Positions 29,468 through 39,720 of a stretch of DNA of 64,000 nt are shown here, piece after piece. Numbering within the stretch: the stretch's first letter is position 1; each line of letters begins with the position of its first letter. This DNA is from a virus. The stretch lies in IMG/VR virus record IMGVR_UViG_3300031087_000014; one strand, written 5' to 3'. The notes below the pieces were generated by a model. That model did no database searches, was not told the origin of the DNA, and saw only the letters and a list, made by a program, of their open reading frames with translations. The position numbers and the translations under genes are program-made.

Positions 29468-31391
29468 CTTTCTTTTCCTCCAACTTGATAGTTTCTTTTT
29501 TGACAACACGACCGCTAAACTCCTGACGGTATGTGTAGTATTTCATTGCAATAATACGTCTTGCTTCAATCTCAGTGCAAACCTCTACAACATCAACCCA
29601 CTTAGAGAAGTAGGTGATAATGTCCACGAGAGCACTCATACCGAAACGGCGTTTCTGCACCATATAGGTAGGTGGCCCAGAATCGTGATGCAGTTTCTGT
29701 AACCGGAACATCTGGGACTTTGTTTTCATTTCTGACATTCTTTCCTCCAATCATCGTAAGCCTGCTGATCCCCATAAGCCACGTACACCTGTATATTCTC
29801 AATAGGAGTATCGTGATCCTGCCAACGGATACTACCACCATACTTACTACCAGGGAAAGTGAATTCTGCGATCTTAGTGAACATTGGGTAATCACACTGC
29901 CACTTAGTAACCTCATACTCAGGGAAGTTCTTCTCAACGTAAGCTTTAAAGTCTTCTCCAGCCTTAAAGAATCCATCTAAGTAGTGTGCGTGTTGCTCTA
30001 CTTCTTTCATATTGAGATAGATGTGCTTACGGTTAGGACTTTCCACAAGTTCATCGGGGATGTACAAACCATCCATATGATCAGGGTATTCTTTTTCCAA
30101 CTCGTCGTACTCCTCCCGTGTCACTGGTTCGTTCATCCGGCGCTGCCAGTATTCACTGTAAATATACCAGCCTTCCTCTAAGAAAGCCTTCTCCGGCACA
30201 TACCCCAAAACAGCCCACTTGTCAAACTTAGGATCACGTTTGACGGAGTATTCAGTTTCTTCGTAGTAGTGGCCCATACGACTAGCTCCTAAACGTCGAG
30301 CCTGCAATCCGTGAGTAGCGAATACAATAACAGCACCATCTTCATAATCAGGTGCAGTGACAACAAAAGCTCTAGCAATATTTTCCATTATTTTCCTCCA
30401 GAAACGACAAAAGGAGAAGGTATCACACCCTCTCCTTAGAATCAACCTTCGATTACAACACTTACTTTGTTTTTCTGACCAAACTCGTCATAGTAGAACA
30501 CTTCAAACCCTTCGAGAGAATGGTAAATACCATCCATATCGTAATCTTCGGGCCAGCTTTCGATCCAATCCCCTCCAATATACTTGTCGTAGTTTTCCAC
30601 ATTCTCGTAAGAGTCATAACCACCTTTACCGTTCCGATACAGGTTTGCACAGTCAACCAAGAACTGTAAAAACTCGTACATAGATTCAGTTTCAGTAACA
30701 GGGAAAGCTTTCTCTTCGATAATCTCACCATCTGCATCTCCAATCATAAACTTGGCACTCACCAAGTAAGAGTTGAAGAACCGAGGTGCCACGCTTTCAG
30801 CAATCATTACAGTTCGCACCTTTCCGAGAGGTGGCTGTCTGAAAGCAGGTGAAATAAAACCTTTATGCACTTTAATAGAATTCTTCATCTTCCCTCCTGT
30901 TATGCCCAACGGATATGAACGATCATTTCATAAATTAACCACACTGTACCGACGATACTTGCAATAGCTCCCACACCCGCCATAATGAACAGGATCATAA
31001 ACATCCCTTCCCAGCCTTTACCGAACATCTTCTTTCTCCTCTAATAGTTTGCGTAAACGCAACACTTCATAAGCCAAAACTCGCTCCAGACCGTTACGGC
31101 TATCGTCCCGAAGGTGAACAAGCAACTCTTCTGTTAGTTCTAATTGTTTCATTACTTTCTGCTCCAAGTGATTTCAATAACATCGTAGTCATCTGCAATC
31201 TCGGCATTCATCTTATTAAGAATACAATCCCAAGCCGCAGCCTTCGAAGAGAAAATTAGAAACTGCTTAGTTTCATTCTGCCAAGCAATACCGTCTTTTT
31301 CTTTATGATAGACTGCCCACATAGTCACCTCCAATACGTCAACCATATACCACCAGCAATTATCAGACAGGTAAGAATACCAAATGTCCAT
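29460..31391 (-). CDS. cluster of hypothetical proteins (29460-29738, 29726-30388, 30442-30888, 31152-31322 and smaller ORFs)
   Basis: Co-oriented ORFs with GGAG(G) SDs; starts approximate. Confidence 0.55.
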
Positions 31392-31488
31392 CTTGCCCAG
31401 CGGCGCTCAAGTAATCCAGGAAACTCAATGATAGCCTCAAACATACAAGCAATCAACTGAAAGATTGCCTCAATGATTTCTCCTTCCA

Positions 31489-32187
31489 TTAGCTATTCTC
31501 TAAGAACACAGCTTGGGCAAAGCCCCGAGGAGTGAGAGAGCGGATCATTTTAGTCTTTGCAGACTTGCCTCCCAACTTTTTGTATTGTACAGAGAATCCT
31601 TCATCTAAGTCAACAGGTTTCTTCTCTGGCATCTTAAAGCCTTCGCTCACCCACAGACAGGTTTTCTTTGGATAAGCATCTCTTGCCTTGATAAACTCAG
31701 GGAAAGCCGGATGCTGGTCGTCTTCCGGTAAATAACCACCATACTCGTGAGGGTTAAATATGTGGTTTGGCTTTCTCCACATAGAAGACAGAACACTTAC
31801 GGGATTCTCGATCATATACTCTGCCATATATTTCTCAGCCAGTTCCGCAGCAATCTTAGCAGTAGCAACAGCCTTCTCCTGGAACAGAGGATCTTTCTCC
31901 CGCTTAGCTTCAAAATGACGAGCACCACTTACAGCCATATCAGTGCAAGGAGGAAAGGCAAAGATTAGATCTGGAGCCTCAATCATCACACCGTTTACAC
32001 GTTCACCAACAGGATCGAAGCCAGGCTCAATCCACTGGTTTACATAATGCATATTAGGATGCTGTACTTTGCACGAATATTCTCCGTGGTCGCCTTCGTC
32101 TGCATTGAACAGGAAGACAGTGTGACCTGCCTCCGCCCAATCCTTAGCCGCATATCCCGATCCATCAAACAAGGAAAAGATAATCAT
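31489..32187 (-). CDS. DNA cytosine-C5 methyltransferase
   Basis: SLFDGSG (motif I), FPPC (IV), ENP (VI), RSLTP.GFA. Confidence 0.85.
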   Translation of the reverse strand: MIIFSLFDGSGYAAKDWAEAGHTVFLFNADEGDHGEYSCKVQHPNMHYVNQWIEPGFDPVGERVNGVMIEAPDLIFAFPPCTDMAVSGARHFEAKREKDPLFQEKAVATAKIAAELAEKYMAEYMIENPVSVLSSMWRKPNHIFNPHEYGGYLPEDDQHPAFPEFIKARDAYPKKTCLWVSEGFKMPEKKPVDLDEGFSVQYKKLGGKSAKTKMIRSLTPRGFAQAVFLENS

Positions 32188-32545
32188 TCGACACCTTCCC
32201 ACACAGGGAAAGCAAGTCCATCGTCAGTATACACTTCTCCAATGGCTTGACAGTTATTGCAAGAGATATGATCTCCATCGTAAAACCAGTTAGGTTTCGT
32301 TGCGTCTGTTGTTACAGTAACATTGGATGCTCCGCAGTTATCACATTCCATCCAATCACACACTACTTTTTGCATTTGATCTCCTCTATGAATCCCCAGC
32401 GAATAAACTTCTCCAAGCTGTTCCTTGTGTGGTGAGACTTATACCAACCACCAGCCTGATCCTGCGCTTCTACGCCGTTGTTCTTGCTTGTACGATATTT
32501 ACGGTCAGCACCACCAATCTTACCTGTAGAAACGTAGTATTTCAT
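32184..32545 (-). CDS. two small proteins; 32184-32375 carries a CxxC...CxxC Zn ribbon
   Basis: CDNC...CNNC. Confidence 0.55.
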
Positions 32546-32546
32546 T

Positions 32547-33473
32547 TTACTCTCCTTTATAAGGTCTACAATTATGCTGATTCGCTTTGAATCGCTCTAT
32601 GTAATCTGTCTTACCCAAGCTGTGATAAAGATTCACAACCTTGAAGTAGTTCTCCCACGCATAGGTACGAAAACGCCCTGATGTGATTGAAGTACAGATT
32701 TTCATTAATGCTATCATAAAACTTCGTTCTGGGTCAATCTCAAAGTTGTTTGGGATCTGAGAACGTTCTAACGCAAGCACACAAGCCTCTTCATAAACAC
32801 CTAACAGACGGTATTCCTCTTCCACCTCAAAGAATTTATCCATAGAGGTGAGGACTTGAGCACCTTCAAACATATAGTACCGGAAAGCTGGCTTGTCGTA
32901 AAGAGCAATTGCATCGTGAATATCGTCGTGCTGATAAACGTAGTTTACACCATCACCAGAAAAGAACTCTCCACTAGATACATTTAACTTAGGGTGAGAG
33001 TAGTTGTAGGTCTCTTTCATACGCTTATTGTAGATATCAACAAGCTCACCCGTAATCTCAGCACCTAATGACCGCATAAAGTGGATATCCTTCATCGTTT
33101 TTAGGAAATGAGGGGAGTTCTTCTTGAAGCGGTGAGACATTTTTAGCATATACAGAACATTCAGAGAAACACAGGTTCCTAATCCAGATGTTTGATTCCT
33201 TGTTAGCTCAGGGTGTTTATAGCACCAAGTGAGGATATCGTAGCCACTGCTACCTTCTTGAGCAATCTCGTACTCTTCGATTATATGACCGTCTTTCTTG
33301 ATTAATCCTTTGTTTCCGGTACGGCTGACAGTGTACCCAGCAGCTTCTGAGCGATAAGAAACATTACTCCACTCCCGTTCAGAACAGATGTAATCGATAT
33401 CCAGCATTGTTTTACGCAGCTTAATACCTTCTGGAACATACTCTAGCAAAGCCTGACTTCCAATAATAACCAT
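32547..33473 (-). CDS. putative Pol-beta-superfamily nucleotidyltransferase-like protein
   Basis: N-terminal IIGSQA...DIDY; further KMSH, HDDIH, EEA.VLALER motifs. Confidence 0.5.
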   Translation of the reverse strand: MVIIGSQALLEYVPEGIKLRKTMLDIDYICSEREWSNVSYRSEAAGYTVSRTGNKGLIKKDGHIIEEYEIAQEGSSGYDILTWCYKHPELTRNQTSGLGTCVSLNVLYMLKMSHRFKKNSPHFLKTMKDIHFMRSLGAEITGELVDIYNKRMKETYNYSHPKLNVSSGEFFSGDGVNYVYQHDDIHDAIALYDKPAFRYYMFEGAQVLTSMDKFFEVEEEYRLLGVYEEACVLALERSQIPNNFEIDPERSFMIALMKICTSITSGRFRTYAWENYFKVVNLYHSLGKTDYIERFKANQHNCRPYKGE

Positions 33474-33489
33474 AATACCCTCCTTACAA

Positions 33490-33512
33490 GAAATCCCGCC
33501 GAAGCGGGATCT
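33490..33512 (-). terminator. hairpin / terminator
   Basis: ATCCCGC-TTCG-GCGGGAT plus TTCTT on the minus strand. Confidence 0.65.
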
Positions 33513-33515
33513 ATT

Positions 33516-36500
33516 TTAGTGTTGCTTGACACCCATAGTTGCGTTGTCAGTGTAAGTCTCTTGAGACGCTATCACTTTATTATCTTCAAAGTGATATGCG
33601 TGACGCTTACCTGTAGCCACATCTTCGAACATAGCACAAGCTAGATACTCAAATGGGACGATGGTGTTTTGATTGATAGTGATCAGGTCGATTGTTTTGG
33701 TGTTATCAATCTTAACCTGATTAGTTCGTGTGTCAACAATAAAACCTTTAACACGGCTGAAATTATACTGCTTGCCGTCTGCATAAATCAGAACAACCTT
33801 ACGATTTGTTGGTTTTTCTTTTTTGATCTCTTTCACAGTTCCTTTCTCCTTTATCAGCTTTAAATCCGAATGGTTATACCCATTTGATGTACCGTTATCC
33901 CAATCCACTGTAACAGGAAGAAACCCGCGAAACCGTTCTGTTATGGCTCTCTGCACTGTCCCTACACAATCTGATGGGTTATTACAGGTTGCAGATTGTC
34001 CATAATACCGAGAACCTTCTGCAATCTCAACACGATCACCTACTTTAAACATAAGTCACCTCACTTACTTAGTTGATAAAAAGTTTCATATTGATCCCGA
34101 GTGATAATATCAGGGCAGCCCTTCGTTCCTTTGATGAAAGGCGGTTCAACCACCATATGATTGTTGATTAGACAATCTTCACCACGCATAAAGATTCCAC
34201 GAGGAGTCTTGACAATGGCTCCTTTAGTCTTGGTAGAGAATTTAATCTCACCATCAAAATCACGCATAACGCTCATTGCGTTTGGGGGCCACTCCACACC
34301 AGAGTTAATCACTTCTTGCACCAGTTCCATTACTTAGTTCTCCTTGCCATTTTAATTGTCAGCTTAGATAAAGGCGAGAATACAAACTTGCATAGTAAAA
34401 TAATCACTAGCATAGGCAACCAGAAGGTTGCAGGCCAGAAGTTATTCGTAAACAAGTCAAAACATTTATCCGTATCAACTTCTTTATCGATGTTTTTCTT
34501 CTGTTCATCATACAGATCCATCAGGTAAAACACAACCATAAAGAATGGGATCAAGATAATGTAGCAGAAGAAAGGGTGATACATAACCCAATCCAATACA
34601 ATCATCGTAACACCATTACCTTATGATCGTCAGAAGGTCGTGATGCTAAGTACTCATTGTACTCCTGAACCTTAGCTTTCGCTTCCTCTCTCAGCTTATC
34701 TGCAACAGACAGGCTCCAGTTAGGATCTTTCTCTTTGTTTGTGCTTTGAGTCAAGTTCTCGTAGTAGACATACATCTCGTCACCTACACTCATAGACCGA
34801 CTGCCAGTAGAAACGATTTTGAAAGTAGGACAATCACTGTCGTCATCATTTGTAAGCTTCACAATATCACCAGGGACAAGTCCGTCTTCGTGGTCAATTA
34901 CTGTAAAATGAGCCTTTAGATCGTATTTATTATTTTCGCAATATTCTTGAAATTGAGTCATCTTTTTCTCCTTAAATGGTAGGTTTGTCAGCCAGAGGCT
35001 TATCATAGTTTGGGCTAAAGGTGTGCAGCTTGTCAAACGCATTGAAAGAGCTACGCGATGATTTAGGGCAATGCAGTACCTTAGCTTGGTGTTCGCCGTG
35101 TTGCTTACCGCAGTGCAGGCACAGATACTGAGTTTTATTTTCCATTTTCATTCTCCGGTTCCACTACAGCTTTACGAACAGAACGTACAACATCACTGGT
35201 GATAGCACCACACATAAAGATCCAGATGAAAACGTTGTTATCCACATCCTTGAAGAAGATGTACTGGAAGCCAAGGGCCATAATAACCCACACTAACATT
35301 CCCCACAGAAAACCTTTAGTCTCTTTTTTCATCTCTTACTCCTTATTTAACGAAAGTTCCAATATTGTAAGGCTGTGCTCTTACTTTACCAATGATACCG
35401 CATTCAGCATCTAAGAACAAGTACTTAATATCAAAATAAATCGTGTTGGTCATTGATGCATTTTGACGTGACTTGATCACTTTGTAATTCTGCCCTGTCT
35501 CCATAAACACGAGGTCAGCATACTTCATCGCATCCATAAACTGATCGTACTTATCTCCAAAATGATCGTTTTCAGTTTCAAGATAGCACAGAACTCCGTG
35601 TCTTGCAAAGTACATAATCATTATAAACTCCCGCAGAAGCAAATAAAACAGATCACCGTAGCTAACAGTGTCCAGATAGCCATTAAGATACGAGCACCTT
35701 CACTCCACTGGAAGATACCTACTTCCAACCACTCGCCCTGAACCATAGAACCCAAGAACCAGAGAAAGTAAGGAGGCAGAAAGATCACCAAAACTAACAT
35801 AACGAGAAAACCGATAAACTCTTCCATCATTTTTCTCCTGTTTTGTATTCGTCAAAACATCCTAGCAGAGTCATACCACCTTGAGTAGTAATAAGTGCAT
35901 ACTGGCAACCAGTTTTGTGATCAGTAATTACATAATCAACCCAACCTGTTACACGCTGCTGTTCCATACGTCCAGCTTCAAAGCTACCTGTCTGCAACGG
36001 ATTGACAGGTTCCGCTGCTGTTACATCGCCATCACAGGCAGTAAGACAAAGCAATGCAATACCAATAAGAATCTTTTTCATTTAAAACCCTCCTCGCGTA
36101 AGAATTCTTTCACCTTCTCAATGTCCGTGAAAGTTTTGATTGTGAAGTAATCGTAATGCCGACCATAAGACTTTGGGTTATCCCCTTCCATCCACTTCTT
36201 AACGTAGAAGTACCGGAGTAAATGGTGTTGCACTACCTGATAACCATCCTTTTGCCAAATGATCATTCAACCTCTCCTATACTTTCCGCAGAACCATCCC
36301 AAGCACCGATGATATCCATCGCGGTTGATCTTTTCACTCCGAAATACTTTAACATTGCCTCGACAATATCCTCCGTACTAGGAGAAACGCCTGGCTCTTT
36401 CCTTTCTACCCTTTCAAAGTAAATAGTGAGCCATTTATGATAAGTCATCCAGTTACGGACACTCACCGACGAAAACCTTTCTTGCGATCTGCAAGCTTCT

Positions 36501-36684
36501 TAGCATAGCTACTGCCATAATCTTTGCCGGAATCTTTGTGATAAAGAACACGGTCAGAATCTTTACTCGGACGTTTTCCGATTGCTACCTGTACCACATA
36601 GAGGCGGTTGCCTACACCAGCAGCATCGGTTGTTGTTAGTTGTTTTAATGAAGCCATTGTATCCTCCTGTTGTTTGATGTACAC
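33516..36684 (-). CDS. run of ~11 small hypothetical, membrane and lipoprotein genes (incl. lipoprotein 35827-36081)
   Basis: Tightly packed co-oriented ORFs; TM segments in 34330-34605, 35135-35332, 35621-35830; lipobox LTAC. Confidence 0.55.
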
Positions 36685-36720
36685 ACTCTACCTAACATCT
36701 AAGAGAAGTACAAGTAGTTT

Positions 36721-37302
36721 TTAGAGGTCTAGTGAGAAATCTTCTGAGATATCATCACTCATTTCTTGGGTAAAGCCAATATAGAACAGTGTTGCAGCCG
36801 GAGACGTTTGTCCCAGAAGCTTAGTGATACGCTCAATTTGAATACCGTTTTCGAATAAGATACGACCCTTACTCTTACGAGGGGTGTGAGTTCCCACTTC
36901 CAAAATACCACAACGACGACCTGCCTTACCAAAAGCTTCCAGCACAGCATTATGACTAACTGGAGAACCTTTTGATCGTTTGTCCGAAAGAGAGAATACA
37001 TATTCACCAAACATATCGCGAGACGAAGCTTCCTTTAGACGCTCAGATACAATCTGACGCATAGTGTCAGTGATCTTCACCTTGATAGTTTTGCCTGTCT
37101 TCTTCTGCTTTAACGATACGTGAGTAGCAGAATGAGAAAAGTCGCTCCACTTCAACTGAGTTGCATCGGAGAACCGCAGGGCAGTTTCATACTGCATCAC
37201 CCACAAACTGTAGAATAAGTTGGTTGCACGGTTATCCTTAAGGATCTTCGCCACCTTCTTTACATCTTCGACAGATTTAAGTGATGCTGCTGCTTTACCC
37301 AT
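36721..37302 (-). CDS. minimal tyrosine recombinase (catalytic domain only)
   Basis: ALRFSD (R), KKTGK (K), HTPRK (HxxR), LLGQ (H/W position), TLFY (Y). Confidence 0.85.
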   Translation of the reverse strand: MGKAAASLKSVEDVKKVAKILKDNRATNLFYSLWVMQYETALRFSDATQLKWSDFSHSATHVSLKQKKTGKTIKVKITDTMRQIVSERLKEASSRDMFGEYVFSLSDKRSKGSPVSHNAVLEAFGKAGRRCGILEVGTHTPRKSKGRILFENGIQIERITKLLGQTSPAATLFYIGFTQEMSDDISEDFSLDL

Positions 37303-37338
37303 TACGATTCTCCTCTCAAGTTGATGGAAGTATCTTAC

Positions 37339-37593
37339 CTACTCCTGAACCTCATAGCAAGCAAAATTATACACGTTACGGATTTTATTCGAGTCTGCAT
37401 CCATAAACGTATATTCCCCATTATCCCAGCCAATCTCTCCCGTATAGTGGAAGCTGTACATATAATTGGTATCCGTACAAGCTAAAGTCTTACTTCCTGG
37501 CGGCCCTGCTGTCGGGGAAGGGGAGCATCCGGCTAAGAAAGCCAGAACTAAAGCAATAGCTCCTACTTTAACAGCATCATTCATCTTCGTCAT
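37339..37593 (-). CDS. putative lipoprotein
   Basis: Hydrophobic leader with lipobox FLAGC. Confidence 0.6.
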   Translation of the reverse strand: MTKMNDAVKVGAIALVLAFLAGCSPSPTAGPPGSKTLACTDTNYMYSFHYTGEIGWDNGEYTFMDADSNKIRNVYNFACYEVQE

Positions 37594-39213
37594 TTGATTC
37601 CTCCTCTTCGTCATATGGTTTTTCAATAGACTCAAAGGAGTGCAGAACGTTATCAAAATAACCTCCGCTCTTCTGGTCTAGTTTTGCACCCGTTACACAG
37701 CTACCTGCGTATGCATCATTCTGAGAATCAGCGTAGGATTTGGCTACAGAAATGGCTTCTTGTTCTGTACTGAACAATCCAAGAATACCTTCGCTGTGCT
37801 CCCAACCATCAGACCAATCCCACCAAGCGATGTAGATATCCATAATAGGTTTCTCCTATCAATAAATGTGTTTTTGCACATAAGCTTTCATTAACTGATT
37901 AAGCTCTTCGTTTGTAAATAGTGGAGGTTGTTCTTGCATCAGCAAGTTGTCCACCGAGATTCGTCAATATATCCTTGTTCAACAATCTCAAAGGTTTCAG
38001 TTGTGATTTGATACTTATCCTCGGTGAGGTTATCAATCGCAAAGCTCTTCGCCTCTTCAATAGAGTCAAAACTCTCCACGTAATCCTTAGCACCGCCGCT
38101 TGGGTAGTAGATATCAAAAGAAAAAAGATGATACTTCATTCTAAACGCTCCGCAATAGGAAGAAGAAGATTACCAAGAGCACCAGCTTGCCACAGACGGA
38201 AAAGGTTATGCTCCTTTCTCAGTTCCTTATCCACACCTTTCATTCCATTATGGATATAAACGGGAATGCCGATAGAGTTGATGATAAAGATAGCGTAGCC
38301 TTCGTCCCAAGCTTTGTTAAGAAAGCACATCTGAGAAGTGTGTATGTGATCCCCATCTTTCGCTGCATCAAAAGCGAACTCAGTTTCACCATACCCTGTT
38401 AACAACTGTCCGTCCTTATAATCAGAGAACGGATAGAACATTGCCATTTTCATAGACACCTCCTACCATTTAACGATGATATTTTCAATAAAACCAGGAT
38501 CTCTATGAGACTCATAGTACACAACCTTAAACCCAGCAATTTCCAGCATACGCTTATAAGGCTCCAACTCTAGCTCTTGACGATAACGAGCATAGTGAGG
38601 AGGATTTACTCCAAAGTGATCTACCGGAGATAAATGTGCTTCGAAAAGCCCGCTAGAAGCGGCTTCCTGTATAGCACCTATAACATCAGGGCTAATTTTA
38701 TCCTTGTTTGCTTGAATAGAATGCTGCCGCATATCTTCTGCTCTTACCAAAACTGCATCCCCCATTCATCAGTTACTTCAACACCCATCGCCACCTCAAA
38801 GGCCATACTATACTGCCCTTTATTAAAGAACAGTTCAAACCTGTAGAAGTGGTCGGGACACCTTTCTGACGTAAACTCTGTCGTCACTCCTGTATTAGGA
38901 TTGAAGATCTTAGCCACACCATTCACTAGGGAAACATCTTCCTCTCGGAAAATCTCCCCTCTTTCTAATAGTTTGTATCGTAACATAATTATTCGAAAAT
39001 CCAAACAAGAATACCAACAAAGCACCCAATAATGAAAGTAAGCCTGATATTTTGCCAGTTAATGTTAAAGAAACCCTGGGTAAACATATTCCAATCCCAA
39101 GTGACAAAGCTAATGCCAAAAAGAACAACAAAAGCAAGTACAAGCAGAGCAATAACAAAGGCCAAACCAAAAGCCATTACTACTCCGATGTTACGGATTA
39201 GTCGAGCGATCAT
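37577..39213 (-). CDS. cluster of small hypothetical proteins
   Basis: ORFs 37577-37843, 37939-38139, 38136-38453, 38463-38765, 38744-38986, 38989-39213. Confidence 0.55.
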
Positions 39214-39222
39214 AAATCCTCC

Positions 39223-39684
39223 TTAATAAAGTTGAGCAACATCTTCTGAGAAGCCATAGTCATAGAGCATAAGAGTTCCACGAGAGTTGACACCGCAGTT
39301 GGTAGGATAGTCTGCCATACCAATATCACAAGAGTTCTGATAACCGTACTTTTCATCCACAACTTCTACTCGTGCTTCGAGTTGGGAGAACTTCTTCTCA
39401 GATGCTTTGGTAATACGCTCAAGAGTTTCCATCTCTATCCAGAGAAAGTCAGGATGATGGTTAACGATCTTCGCATAACGCAAACGCTCACGAGGACTCA
39501 TTTTGTCGTAGAGAACAATCTCAGCTTCATTCTGAGCAATACCACGCCAATCTTTAGCCACCTTGATACAAGTGGTATCCAGCAGGTTTTTATAGACAAC
39601 ACGACTGCTGCCTTCTCCTAATTCATCGCCTTTTGCGATGGTTTGAATAACTTCACTAATACGCTCACGTAATGATACCGCCAT
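39223..39684 (-). CDS. minimal protein-kinase-like protein
   Basis: LGEGSSRVVY glycine loop, IKVAK, QNEAE, N.G, LYDYG. Confidence 0.55.
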   Translation of the reverse strand: MAVSLRERISEVIQTIAKGDELGEGSSRVVYKNLLDTTCIKVAKDWRGIAQNEAEIVLYDKMSPRERLRYAKIVNHHPDFLWIEMETLERITKASEKKFSQLEARVEVVDEKYGYQNSCDIGMADYPTNCGVNSRGTLMLYDYGFSEDVAQLY

Positions 39685-39720
39685 AATCCCTCCTCTTTAC
39701 TCTAAAAAGAGCAACCTAAA

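Noticed and set aside
36721-37302. Prophage/integrase interpretation
   Set aside because: No repressor, excisionase, att-like context or host genes are present; the whole window looks like a lytic phage.
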